Assembly (NCBI RefSeq): GCF_964213995.1
Contig: NC_135818.1
Location: 68,262,001 to 68,326,000 of the forward strand
Reading direction: 5' to 3'
Length of the DNA stretch: 64,000 nucleotides
From: Mustelus asterias
Lineage: Eukaryota
Of the stretch, positions 37,785 to 50,944 are shown one piece after another; position 1 is the stretch's first letter; every line of letters begins with the position of its first letter. The notes below the pieces were generated by a model. It was given only the letters and a program-made list of their open reading frames with translations, made no database searches and was not told the DNA's origin. The translations under genes and the position numbers were made by a program.

Positions 37785-38890
37785 TAGATGCACTATTCTA
37801 AGGTCAAGACTGGAATATTTTACTGGGACATAGTAGAAGGACCTTTGTCACATACCCAAATAACTGTTCTGGAATTGCTTGATACTGACAGAGTACCTAA
37901 AATGGAAAGTTTTCTATATGTTGGCATAAAAATCCTTCATCTCCAAAGCTGGGCAGGTTAGGTGGAGATTGGCCATTCTAAATTGCCCCTTAGTGTCAAG
38001 ATGTGTAGGTTAAATGGATTAACCATGGGAAATAGGGTGGAGGAGGAGGCGGCCTGGGGAAGATGTTCTATCAGAGAATCGGTGCCGACGTGATGGGCTG
38101 AATGGCCTCTTCCACACTGTAGGAATTTTATAATCGCAATGATCACTGAATTCATAGCCAAAGAGCTAGAGCAAAAGTAAAAAAGAATGGATTTTATTCA
38201 TTGATATTCTAATTTACTTTGTAATGAGACTGTAGAATTATGTTTGATCCCGAGAAGTTGGTTCTTTTTTAAAAAAATGATATAACTCGAGCCAGCAAAC
38301 TGGGATCTCCACCTTCAAAAGCTCTGATTCAGATTACAATTACAATGTACTCTGCTACTGATGCACGTTCCTGCCTGTTTATTTTTATGGCCAATTTCTT
38401 TCCCACCTCACTTCCAAAAGAGTTAACTCCTTGCTGGGTTATGGCTGCACAGCCACAAATCACTGTACAGTAGCTTGCTTAAAGTGGCCAGTCTCTTACA
38501 TGCAATGCTAAATGGCAAAGTGTTCGCAGGCCATTTGATCGTGAAGGTATCACAGAAGGTTTTACGTTTAGAGTAGGTGACTTCTATAATGCAACTTGAA
38601 GAACACTCTTTCCCTCCAGCTTAAGATATCGTACTCTTAAGAATCAAAACATCTATTTGGTGCTGTGTGTGTCCCGAAATGCAAATCTTTCAGTCCTCAT
38701 TTCCAATGTAAGACCTGTGAGCTACCAATAATCTCCATCAACTCTGAAAGAACACCTGGAGGCTTTATTGTCTATAAAACTGCACCTTAGAATCATCAGA
38801 GAACTTTCCCCATTTATCTTACCTAATTAGTTAGGATTTTATTTTTCATTAATAATGAACTAAGTTGTTAGGATATTAATCAAGGGATAC

Positions 38891-38978
38891 CTTCTTGCTG
38901 TAACTGAGCCAAGAAGAGGGCGAGGTAAGTGTCGGAGATCAACTCTGGACCCGTCAATAAAGAATTCAGGTTAAACCA
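38891..38978 (-). CDS. ATXN3: Ataxin-3 exon 6 (WFNLNSLLTGPELISDTYLALFLAQLQQE)
   Basis: 88 nt, CAG/GTATCC boundaries; catalytic Asn134. Confidence 0.98.
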
Positions 38979-39929
38979 CTGGACAGAAAAAAGAAAGCAC
39001 AAGTTATGCATTCCATCTATGAAATGTGCATTGGAAAGATTCATTCTGTGCTGTAGCCATTTTGTGACAACATTCGCATTCACTTGTTTTTCAAGTACAT
39101 CCGAACTTCTTTGCTTATTCATTATCTCCTGTCAGAAAATATGAGGAAGAGTGTCACCTAGTGGACAAGCTCTGGTTAAACAGCCTGTTGTTATCATTTC
39201 CAGGTTTAGGAAAGTTAAAGGAAACCACGACACCACAGCGATCAAGGCCGAGGTTGTTAACTCAGCAGCGGGGACCGAACCGGAAATCTTCCTAATCTGA
39301 ATGGCGCAAGGGTCCAAAACGCATTAAATCTACCAGCTGAGGTTGTGGAGGCAGGAAATTTAACTTTATCCAGATATTTTAATAGGTCGTGTTTTTTTGC
39401 GCAAAACGTCAATTTTTCCAATTCATAAATGTAGCCCTGCAAACATCATGGAACTATAATCACAGTGTAAAGTTAGGCTCTCTTACATTTAATGACTCGT
39501 ATTTATGAAGCACCTTTAACACAGAAAAACATCCCATGCTGCTTCACAGTGATGCTGGGCCAAAGAAGGATCGACCAAAGGAGCGGTCAATGGAAAATGA
39601 AATGGAAACGTTTAGGAAGGGCAGATGACAACATCTCAGCAGCTGAAGGCTTAGTTGTTAATTCTGGGGGGGGAGAAAGGAAGAGAGAGAACGGGTATTA
39701 AGCATGGAGAGAGTTGATGGTGTATGGCTGCAGAAACGTGGTGATGGAAGGCCATGAAGGAGCTTAAACAGGAGGATGAGAATTGTGAATTTGAGACAGT
39801 CAACACAGGTCAGCAGCAACATGGATAATTGGGTAAGTGAAACTTGGTACAGAATGTCAACTTAAACGTGAATGGGGGGGTGGTTATGATCGGTGTTTGC
39901 AGGTGTGGTAAAAAGAGAGGACAATATAG

Positions 39930-41345
39930 ACAGGCTGGTCAGATGGGCAGAAGAGTAGCAAATTAAATTTAACCCTGAAAAGGGTGAGGTGATGCATTTT
40001 GGGAGGACTTAACAAGGCAAGGGAATACACAACGCATGGTAGGACATGCGGAAGTACAGAGGGCCAGAGGAACCTTGGGGTCCCTGAAGGCAGCAGGATA
40101 GGTAGCTTAGGTGATTAACAAGGTATATGGGATACTTACCTCTATTGGCCAAGGTGTAGAATATAAGAGCAGGGTTGTTATGATGGAGCTGTATAAAATG
40201 CTGTTTAGGCCACAGCTAGAGCACTGTGTGCAGTTCTGGTCAATCAGGATGTGATTGCACTGGGAAGGGTTGCAGAGGAGATTCACCAGGATGTTGCCTG
40301 GGCTGGAATGTTTCAGCTGTTCAGAGAGGCTGGTTAGGCTGCAATAGTTTTCCTTAGAAAGAAGGCGGGGGGACCAGATTGAGGTGTACACAATTAAGGA
40401 ACATAAAAAGAGTAGATAGGAAGAAACCTTTTCCCTTAGCAGAGGGGTCAATAACTAGGGGGCACAGATCTAAGTAAGGGGCAGAAGATTTAGAGGGATT
40501 TGAGGAAAAGCTTTTTCACCCAGAGGGTCGTGGGAATCTGGAACTCACTGCCTCCAAGAGTGATAGAGGCAGAAACCCTCACAACATTTAAGAAGCATTC
40601 AGATGAGTGCTTGAAATACCATAGCATACAAGGCTATGGACCAAGTCTGGTAAATGGGTTTAGAGTAGATTGGTGCTCAAAGGCCAGCACAGACATGATG
40701 GACCGAAGGGCATCTTTCTGTGCTGTAAAATTCTATGGCTCTTTGACTCTGACAGGATTGAGGAGGAAATGTTCGGATCAGCTGCAGCTAACCAGGGGAG
40801 TATAGGGCTGGAGGTTCTGCTTGATCAGTTAAGCTGCTGACATTGGAAACAGTTTAGTTCAACATTAAACAATGGTCTGGGAGGAAAACAATGGCTTTAG
40901 TCACCCCAGTGTTTAGCTGTAGGGAGCCTCAGCTCATTCAAGCCTAGATGTCTGATTTCACTGAGGCAGTGGAGGAGCTGAAACAGGCACTGGAAAGTTA
41001 CAGCTGGGTGTCATCAACACATACATGGAAGTTAATCCCATGTCAGAAGATGACGTCACCAAGAGACAGTACGCAGACGAGGGAGAGGAAGTGGCCAAGT
41101 TCGGACCAAGAGGTCCTGATGCAAAGGCTGGAGGAGAAGCTATTGCTGGGAATGCTCTGGCTACAATAACACAGGTATGAATGGGAGCAAGTAACAGCAG
41201 TCCCATTGAGCTGGACAGAGGGATGATGATGATGCAGTCAACAGTACCAAAAGGCTGCCGAGAGGTCGACCAGGGATAATGCACAATGGTCACTGTCAGA
41301 CAACATGATTTGTGACTTTGGTTAGGGCCATTTTGTTGCTGTGGG
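39930..41345. mobile_element. CR1 fragment (plus, to about 40750) followed by a decayed L2-like LINE (minus)
   Basis: RKSFFTQRVVGIWNSLP motif, then degenerate RT-like sequence. Confidence 0.75.
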
Positions 41346-41732
41346 AAAAGAAGAATCCCGATCCCAGTCGGAAAAGGCACCAGCGACTGAACCGTAAAAA
41401 TAATGCAACCAATTGTGTAGCAATAGTTTTAAAATGAGTTCTTGAAAAGCAAACCAAATCTGTTGTGGACTTTCTTTTTCTCTCCAGGTGAAGCTATTTT
41501 TAAAAAATGAGAAACGCTGAAACAGAAAAAAAAAATGCAACTAAGGAGCCGTACAGCAAATCTAACAAACTGAATCGGTGGAGTGCAGCAGGGTAATTTT
41601 TAAGGTTGAATAGAGAGGTGAAACGACTGTGGGAAATGGGGGAAAGATTTTGCAAATGGAATGCTGCAAGTCTTTTGTGGAGATGAGGTTCAGAATTCCA
41701 TTGCAGCTCTTTAATGTTAAAGAGTGAACTAC

Positions 41733-41799
41733 CTGATTTCCTAATTTTCGCACTGTAAACCAATGTTCTTTGTAGTTGCATATAAAAGCCCTTTCAATT
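41733..41799 (-). CDS. ATXN3: Ataxin-3 exon 5 (IERAFICNYKEHWFTVRKLGNQ)
   Basis: 67 nt, CAG/GTAGTT boundaries; catalytic His119 in EHWF. Confidence 0.97.
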
Positions 41800-42041
41800 C
41801 TGTGGAAACAACAAACATGTAGAGATAGACCTTAAACCATTTTGCAAGGAATTTGTTGAAAAATAATCAATTTTATTTCCAAAATGCCAACTTCCAAATA
41901 AAATGGCTATCACATATTTGTGACTGAGCATAGATTGATAAACTAAATCCAAAATCTGAAAATTAAAACTGAGATCCACAATAAAAAAAATTAATCTTAA
42001 AATACTGAGAACACACTGTATTTATATATAATGCGTCTTAC

Positions 42042-42127
42042 ACTGGATCAATCCTTAATCGCTGATATTCTGGGCTGTTGAAGAGGGTAATCTCTAAACA
42101 CCAAACACTCAAGGCAGTACTAATCAC
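42042..42127 (-). CDS. ATXN3: Ataxin-3 exon 4 (VISTALSVWCLEITLFNSPEYQRLRIDPV)
   Basis: 86 nt, CAG/GTAAGA boundaries. Confidence 0.97.
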
Positions 42128-42337
42128 CTGTAGAAATAAAATTGCTTTGAAAGCTCTTTGGATTTTACAACAATACAGTAGAACCCACTTAAAATACGTA
42201 ATTTGAAAAGCAACATCTGGTTTTAACACATGCAAAAGTCTGTGCACTAACTGTAAGACATGCTTCATCAAGGGGCTATTACTTTCATTTTCTTGCAATG
42301 TATTACTTCTTCCTTCCCTCAACCAATTAGGAGTTCG

Positions 42338-42552
42338 TGATGTGGCGGTGCCGGCGTTGGACTGGGGTGGGCACAGTAAGAAGTGTCACAACACCAGGTT
42401 AAAGTCCGACAGATTTATTTGGAATCACGAGCTTTCGGAGCGCTGCTCCTTCATCAGGTGATCATCACTCACCTGATGAAGGAGCAGCGCTCCGAAAGTT
42501 TGAGATACCAAATAAACCTGCTGGACTTTAACCTGGTGTTGTGAGGCTTCTT
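42338..42552. mobile_element. Penelope-like element terminus arranged as an inverted repeat
   Basis: Arms at about 42378-42461 and 42469-42552, each with a hammerhead core; same family as 62801-63014 and 46060-46099. Confidence 0.7.
42423..42463 (-). ncRNA. Minimal type I hammerhead ribozyme motif (Penelope-associated)
   Basis: GAUCAC-CUGAUGA-A-GGAGC-AGC-GCUCC-GAAA-GCUC-GUGAUU: intact core, 5-bp stem II, palindromic AGCU stem III, CUC cleavage triplet. Confidence 0.7.
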
Positions 42553-44691
42553 TTTAGGAGTTGAGTATTTGCAGTTATTTTCCCAATGGAAATAACCAGG
42601 GTGCAATGGATTGTTTCTACTTGGGCTGTAGTTCTTTATATTATCTTGTGCAACTACTCTATTGTATACAGTGTAACGAACAGGGAATTGCATTTTTAAA
42701 AACTCAATGTTCGCACAAAACGTTTGTTAACGGTCCCACAAAGTGTCATGTAATTTTCACATCATGTTTACAATACTCGGCAAAATTCCCTTTTGCAAGC
42801 TTGCAATAACAAAATCAGAATAAAAGTGGGCCATTCAGTCCCTGAAGCCCGTCTGCTATTCAATCAGATTATGGTTGATCTGACATTCCTTGACACCCTT
42901 ACTGTGAATCGGTGGCTTGATCATTTCTGTTGATCCAACATTCACACCATTGGTGGGTGTGGTGGGGAGGAGGAAAGAATTCTAGATTGCCTTTAGCCTG
43001 TGTGTGAAAAAGTACTTTGTGATTTCACTCCAAAATGGTGTAACTCCTTGTTCTGGATTCCCTCACCCGAGGTAAATGGCTTATGTATCTAACTTACGGA
43101 ATTATTTTACTATATTTAGGGTGATCTTAAATTGAGTCCTCTTCTCTATCAATTTTTTTCATGTCTTATTGATCAAAGAATATTAACATGGCAAGATCCA
43201 ACTTAATCCACAAAGAGGAGGAGGGAGCTGGGGAGGGGGAAATTATTCTAAAGATTGGATGCCTTCTGGAGTATTATTTGATTGCTTTAGGAAATCCGGA
43301 CAGGAATTCCCCAAATTTCCCATTCCTCCATCAATTGTAGTTCCCCGCCCATTCAACATGCTTTGGCAATAGAGGGATTGTTCAGAGCTTTCTATCTTGT
43401 ACTGAGTTGTCCATGTTAGTAAATTTGCAATGACAAAAGAAACTGATCAGAAAGGGTGAGGGTAGCTTTTGCAATTAGTTTTCAGAATTTTGCACAGGTT
43501 ATCAACTGACACTGAGAGCTGGCAACTAACCAATTCAGGAATGATTTTCCAGCTGATTTTCCCATCTTTTGGCACTATTCTAAAGCAATATGTCTATAAC
43601 AGGAAATTCAGTGAAATGAGATGGGGAAGAACAAGCATTTGCTCTATCACTGCACGATGATGATGGTGCTATATTGCCAATATATTGTACTATTCAAACA
43701 TTCAGCTCCTTCATTAACAATCTAATCTGGCGATTCATCTGGCAAAGAGAATAAACACAAAAATGAACTAAAATTTATTTAGCTTCTGCCTCCATCTTAA
43801 GTTATTTTAATTGACAAATTATATAAAATGTTAATGCATAATAGCTAAGGAGATGGAGTGCATTTTTCTGATCATACTTGGTTATGGCCAAGTTTGGCTA
43901 ATGTCCATTTCTCACTCCCAAAAATATGCATGTACATTAAAGTACATTTGAGAGCAATGCTTTTGCAATTATCAATGGGGCAATCAGGCACATAACTGAA
44001 AATGCCAAAACTGCTATTTATTTAATCACTACCTTCAAATATTGCCTCCCCACAGGACAAGTGCATTCTCTTGATTTCCTCAGAAGCTAACATTGTTAAT
44101 TTGAGAGTTGTTGTGGCGTCGAGGCAACCTTGAAAATTACTGGTAGCCTCTTCATGCCTACCATCATTCGCAATCACATCCAATTTCAGCTGTAGTATTA
44201 CCCCTCCCCCACCCCCTTCAATTCTCTGATGGTTATCCTCCTTTAGATTAGCCATCAGCTGTGTTAATGGTAGAGGTACTTTGGCACTGATAACTAGGGG
44301 CAGGAATTCAAATATCCTGAAAATTCCAATCGTGCACATTTTCCTATACTAAAAACAGTGTATGCTGATGGTATGTAGATGAAATAGTTGCAGAACTGAC
44401 TTACAAACAACATGGAGAAAATGACTGAGAAAGCCAGATTAGAAATTAAAATGAGAAGTAAAAAGCAAAGGATGACAGTGTAGATGAGCAATGGGAAAAG
44501 AACAAATCAAACTATCCAATTAAATGTCGCCTGCTATGTCTACTATGACTTGATTGTCTTATTTAACAACTCCAAGGGTAAAGAAAAAATAATCGGTTCA
44601 TATCACTTTCGAAGGAGGGGAGAGGGCAAGAAAAAATAAAAAGTTTATTGCTAGATACAATGGATTTATAGGCTTAAATTCAGACACTTAC

Positions 44692-44736
44692 TTGAATTGA
44701 AAAGAATCCACTATCATCCATGTTTCCCGAAGGTTG
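44692..44736 (-). CDS. ATXN3: Ataxin-3 exon 3 (QPSGNMDDSGFFSIQ)
   Basis: 45 nt, AG/GTAAGT boundaries, conserved Josephin peptide. Confidence 0.97.
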
Positions 44737-45148
44737 CTACATTGAGAGAAAAAAATTAAAGATGATGGGATAATGTTCATGGTACACAGACAAAGCATCT
44801 GAAGGGCTGCATAATTTCAAAGGGCAATTAAAAGCACCGAAACTGGGATGGCATTTTACTGATAAACAGGTTAACATCAAGGTGCTTTTTACATCTATGT
44901 GAATTAACTAGAGGGCCGACGAGGTATTTGTTTAATAACTTTCCTTCAACCTGCCACCTCCAACGTTGCAGCACCCCCTCAGTACTGCAGTGAAGTGTCA
45001 GCTTACATTATGTGCTCAGGTCTCCAGAGCAGGACGGGAATGCAGGACGTTCTGACTAGAGGGGAGAGTGCTACCACTGAGTCATGGTGTTTGGTCTGTA
45101 GACAGCAGCATCACTGAAATTGATATTGCGTTAAATTGCAGTTTTTAC

Positions 45149-45313
45149 CTGTAAAAATATTCTATATTCCTCTGTGGTAGTTCCTCCCTCTGCCATTCTT
45201 TCTCGCTCCTCGTCATCCAACTGCTGTGCAATTGTAGAGAGGTCTATAGGGCTAAAGTATTCTCCCTGCAACAAATTGTTGAGGCAATGCTGAGCACAGA
45301 GGGATCCTTCTTG
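45149..45313 (-). CDS. ATXN3: Ataxin-3 exon 2 (QEGSLCAQHCLNNLLQGEYFSPIDLSTIAQQLDDEERERMAEGGTTTEEYRIFLQ)
   Basis: 165 nt, TAG acceptor and GTAAAA donor; contains catalytic Cys14. Confidence 0.98.
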
Positions 45314-45526
45314 CTATGGAATTAAGCAGAGCAAAGCCCATCAGATTTTCATATAAACTGCCTGAGACAGATTTCTTGCTTTGTTGGGTAAATCTGACAA
45401 TACTGCACAAAAATACTTTCTTTTTAAGCAATAAAAAGTAATCTTCAAGTTTTAATTAAACTCTGCAATGGGATCATGCATATTGTAATTTAGGTTTCTT
45501 ACCAACAGGGATTCAATTTCAACTTT

Positions 45527-45835
45527 CATAGAATCCCTACCGTACAGGAGGCGGCTATTCGGCCCATTGAGTCTGCACCAACCACAATCCCACCCAGGCC
45601 CTATTTCCGTAACCTCACACATTTACCCTGCTAATCCCGACACTAGGGTCAATTTATCATAACCAATCAACCTAACCCGCACATCTTTGGACTGTGGGAG
45701 GAAACCGGAGCACCGGAGGAAACCCATGCAGACACGGGAAGAACGTGCAAACTCCACACAGACAGTCATCCGAGGCTGGAATTGAACCCGGATCCCTGGT
45801 GTTGTGAGGCAGTAGTGCTAACCACTATGCCACCC
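45527..45835 (-). mobile_element. HE1-type V-SINE
   Basis: Family match. Confidence 0.9.
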
Positions 45836-45999
45836 CTCATAGACACGTTTTGTATTTTCAATGGCCTAAGCTTGACTTTCATGTACAAAATGTCTGGAAA
45901 AGCAGACCGCAAAATGAACAATGACTTCTTATACTTTTCGGGTATGTGCCAGAAATAATACAGGATACCATCATTGTATGCTCAAATTATATTTAGGGA

Positions 46000-47170
46000 A
46001 ACAGTAGCACAATGTTAATGTCACTGGATTAGTAATCCAGAGGTCTGGACTAACGCTCCTGTTGGACTTTAACCTGGTGTTGTGAGACTTCTTACTGTGC
46101 TAACGCTCCAGAGACAGGAGTTCAAATCCCACCACAGCAGCTGGTGGAACTAAACTTCAATTAATAACAAACCTGGAATAAAAAGGTTAGTCTTTGTAAT
46201 GATGGTCACAAAGTTACCGGATTATTTTTTTTAAAACCCATCTGGTTCACCAATTATCTTTAGGGAAGGAAACCTGCCGTCTTTACTTGGGCGAACTTCA
46301 CGTGTGATTGCAGGCCCACAGCTGATTTTTAACTACTCTCTGAAATGGCCAAACAAGTCTCTCAGTTCTGTCAAACCACTTCAGAGAAGTCAAAAATGCT
46401 GGATGGACCACCTGGCACAGGAAATGACAGAAGATGCAACCTGCAATCACCTCCTTGTTAACAGCTAGAAACTTGTACCAAAGATGTGCGGGTTAGGTTG
46501 ATTGGCCAGGTTAAAAATTGCCCCTTAGAGTCCTGAGATGCGTAAGTTAGAAGGATTAGCGGGTAAATATGTGGGGGTAGGGCCTGGGAGGGATTGTGGT
46601 CGGTGCAGACTCGATGGGCCGAATGGCCTCCTTCTGCACTGTAGGGTTTCTATGATGATTAACAGAGCTGTCCCACAGACTAGTAAAGCAAAAGCCTCAC
46701 ACTCATGAACCATACCTTTCAGCTAGTGTCCCAGACACCACCAACACTATCCCTGTGTTGCCCTGACCTACAGGCAGGCCAGACCCACTAGAGGTTTACA
46801 GTCAGGAAGGAGTAACCCTGCGAGTCCCAAAGTTGAGTCTAGATCCCATGAAGTCTCATGGTATCAGGTCAAACATCCTGCTAAATACCATTTGCAGTTC
46901 TCCTTCAATCAATGAATCACTACTCCTCCATGTGGAACACCACTTGGAAAAAGCACTGAGAGTAGCAAGGCCGCAGAATGTATTCTGGCTGAGCGACTTC
47001 ATTATCCATCACCAAAAGTGGCTTGGTAGCACCATAAGTGAGAGAACTGGCCAAGCCCTGAAGGACATGTCTGCCATACTGGGCCTGCATCATGTTAGAA
47101 AGAAACCATGAGGAAAAATCCTACTTGATCTCACCCAGAGCAATCCACTGTTGCAGATGTACAGCTGTGA
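46000..47170 (+). mobile_element. LINE 5' part with tRNA-like head and AP-endonuclease remnant, with nested insertions
   Basis: Box-B-like GGAGTTCAAATCCC at about 46117; ORF remnant LHVEHHLEKALRVARPQNVFWLSDFIIHH (GDFN-like). Confidence 0.6.
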
Positions 47171-49125
47171 CTGTACTGGCAAGTGAACACCACACAAAAA
47201 GAAATGTAGTGCTGCATCCAGTTCTGGATGCTACACTTTAGGAAAGATGCAAAGACATTAGATAAAATGTAGAAAAGATCCACAAAAATATTTCGGGGGT
47301 GAGGAACATAGATAGAGGGGCACAGTGGCAAGTATTGGTGCCTCACACTGCCAGCAACCTGGGCTCAATTCTGGCCTTGGGTCACTGTCTGTGTGGAGTT
47401 TGCACGTTCTCCCCGTGTCTGCGTGGGTTTCCTCCCGTTTTCTGCCACAGTCCATATGCAGGTTAGGTGGATCAGCCATGATAAATTGCCCCTTCGTGTC
47501 CCATGATGTGTACATTAGGTGGATTAGCCATGGTAAATGCACAGAGTAACGGAGATAGGGCAGGAGGGCCTGGGTAAGATGCTGAGTCAATGCAGATTCA
47601 ATGGGCTGAATGGCCTTCTTCTGCACTGTAGGAATTCTATGATTCAATGATAGATTGGAGAAATTAGGACTGTTTTCCGTGGAAAGGAGATTGAGGAGAT
47701 TTGATAGAGATGTTCAAAACCATGAGGACAAAGCAGATAGGGAGAAACTATTGCCACTGGCATAAGGATCGAGAATGAGATGGCACAGATTTAGGATAAT
47801 TAGCAAAAGAATCGACAAAGCAACTTTTTCATGAAGTGATGGGTAAAGATCTGGAATGCAGGATAATTAAGGAAAGCCAGCACGGATTCATTAACGGAAT
47901 TCACTAATTTGCTGGAGTGTTTTTGAGGAGGAAACAGAAAAAGTTGATAAGGGCAATGCTGTTGATGCGGTGTACATGGATTTTCAAAAGGCATTTGATA
48001 CAATGCCATGCCACAGACTTGGAAGCAAAATTCTAGCTCATGGAATAAAAGGGAAAGTCGGCACTTGATATGAAATTGACCGAGTGACAGAAAACAGGAA
48101 ATAATGATAAATGGTTGTTTTTTTGGATTGGAGGGAGGTTTGTAGTGGAGTTCCCTAGGGATGAGTGTTGGGACCCTTGCTCTTCCTGATTTATATTAGT
48201 GACCTAGATTGTGGTGTTCAGGGCATGATTTCAAAACTTGATGATACAAAGATTGCAAACATTGCCAACAGTGTTGAGGATAATCTTGAACTTCAAAAAG
48301 ATATAGACATGTTGGTGGATTGGGCAGACACGTGGTAATGAAGTTCAATGCAGAGAAGTGTAAGGTGCTTAATTTTGGCAGGAAGAATATCAACAGTACA
48401 AAATAAAGGAAGAAACTAAAGGAAGTGGAAGAGACACATCTAGGTATATATGTACGTATGTACAGAAGACATTGAAGATAGCAAGGCTTATTGAAAGAGC
48501 AGTTAATAAAGCATATAGTATCTTAGGCTTTATTAATAGGGACATTGGGTACAAGAGTAAGGAGATCACGTTGAACTTGTATAAGGCACTTGTTATGCCT
48601 CACCTGGAGAACTGTGTCCAGTTCTGGGTGCCATACTTGAGGAAGGATGTGAAGACATTGGAATGAGTTGGTAAAGGAGATTCACAAGCATGATTCCAGG
48701 GATAAAGAACTGTCGCCTATGGGGATTGGAAAGGTTGGGACTGTTTCCCTTGGAGAAAAGACTGAGAGGAGACTTAATAGAGGTATTCAAGGTCCTGAGG
48801 GGTATGGATAGGGTGAATAGTGAGAAACTGTTTCCACTCAAGAGAGTATCAAGAACAAGAGGACACATTCAAAATAATGGCCAAGGAGTAAAAGTGATGG
48901 GAGGAAACAGAGGGTGGTTTGAGTGTGGAAAGAACTTCTGGACGGTGGTGTAGGCAGGTTCAATTGAGGTATTCAAGAGAATTGGATTGTAATGTGGTAA
49001 GAAAGAATGTGCAAAGTTACAGGAATAAGGCATGAGAGGGGGACTAGGTAGAATACTCTTTCAGAGAGTCAGTGCAAACTCAATGGGCCAAATGGCTTCT
49101 TTCTGCATTGTAAAGATTCTGTGAA
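47170..49125 (+). mobile_element. Cluster of decayed CR1 LINE fragments with a nested SINE
   Basis: DFQKAFD and LYKALVMPHLENCVQFWVPY motifs. Confidence 0.88.
47317..47650 (+). mobile_element. HE1-type V-SINE
   Basis: Family match, nested in CR1. Confidence 0.88.
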
Positions 49126-49589
49126 GCCTACTTCACATCACAATGATGTGATTTCCTGAAATATATACAAAATTCACTTTTGAAAGTTATTAAATTTGCT
49201 TCCCTTCTACGCAATGCACTCTAAATTTTTACAAACTGCTTCATAAAATAGTCTCTTCACCTCTCCTCTGGATCTTTTGCCATTTATGTTAAATCTGTGC
49301 CCCCTGGTTATTGATCCTTCTGTCACCGAAAACAGGTAACCTCGAAAGGAAAGGTTTGTTCATTTAGTGGAATTTCAGTGCTCAATCAAAAAGAAGTGGC
49401 CAAAAAAGCATAGCAATTATTTTAAAAGCCTCTTTTTTTTTTTAAACAACCTGTATTTTGAAACAATTTCTTGACGTACAGTAAGAGTTGCATAACTTGT
49501 CGGACAAAGTTAAAACCCACATCAAACATATTGTATAGACACAAATCAAAATGTAATTTACAAAATTAGAAACCCAGGTGTGTTAATCT

Positions 49590-50750
49590 TTCAAAATTTT
49601 CATGACTCTGGAAAAGGCCGAGCAGATCAGAAAACCGCAAATGTAACACTTCCAATTAAAGTAGGGAGCAGAAAACTACATGTCAGTTTGCCCAACACCT
49701 GTTATTGACAAAAAGCTAAAATCCATTATTAAGAAGGTAGTGGCAGGACAATTAGAAAATCATAATACAACCAGGCAGAGTCAACATGGTTTTGAGAAAG
49801 AATTGTGTTAGACAAATTTATTAGAATTCTTTGAGTATGTTGACAAGGTGGATAAAGTCAACCAGTAGGCGTAGTGCATCTGAATTTCCAAAAAACATTT
49901 GATAAGTTGCCTCATAAAAAGTTGCTGCATAAAATAGGAGTTTATGGTGTTGGGTTGATGTACTAACATGGACAGAGAATTAGCTAACAGAAAATAGAGT
50001 TGGGGAGAATGTGGGGTTATCCACTTGGCAGGAAGAATAGAAAAACAGATTATTTAAATGGAGAAACTTCAAAATGCTGCAGTACAGATGGATCTGGGTG
50101 TCCTTGTACATAAATCATGAAATGTTAGCATGCCAGTACAACAAGTAATTAGAAAGACTATTAGTGTTGGCTTTTATTACAAGGGAGATGGAGTATAAAA
50201 GTAGAAAAGTGTTGCTACAAGCTGTACATTGCACTGGAGAGACCACACCTAGAGTACAATTTTGGTTTCCTTACTTAATTGCAAGCAGTTCAGAGAAAGT
50301 TCACTGAAGATTAGCTAGGTTGATTCCTGGGATGAAGGGGCTTTTTAAAAAAAATCAGGAAAGGTTGTGCCTATACTCATTGGAGTCCAGAAGTAAAGGT
50401 GACCTTATTGAAACATCTAAATTAGGAGTGGGTTTGACAGGCTGGATGTTGAGATTTCCTGGAGGAAATCTAGAATTAGGGGCAGTTTAAAAATAAGGGG
50501 TCTCTCATTTAAAACTGAGACAAGGAGAATTTTTTTCTCTTGAGTGTTGAGAGTCTTTGGAATTCTCACAGTAGTGGAGGGAGAGTCTTTGATTATATTC
50601 AAGGCAGAGTTAAACAGACTTCTGATCCACAAGAGTCAAGGGTTATGAGGGAAAAGCAGGAAAGTGGAGTTAAGGCGACAATCAGATCAGCCATGATCAT
50701 CTCGAGTGGCAGAGCAGGCTCGAGGAGCTGAAGGCCTACTCTTGCTATTG
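49590..50750 (+). mobile_element. Decayed CR1 LINE
   Basis: Degenerate RT sequence and CR1 3' UTR. Confidence 0.8.
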
Positions 50751-50944
50751 CTTAAGCACTGATATAGAAATGGATAAAACAGAACTTACTGTATAAACAC
50801 TAACATGAGTAATGATGTGCATTTGTAGGGGATTTGCCCACAAACTTAACCAGTTTATCTACTGTATTGTTGTGCACAAGAGTCAAAGACTTACACAAGC
50901 CTTAATTACCAGATATAATGGCAGATTTAGATGTTTCAAAAAAA

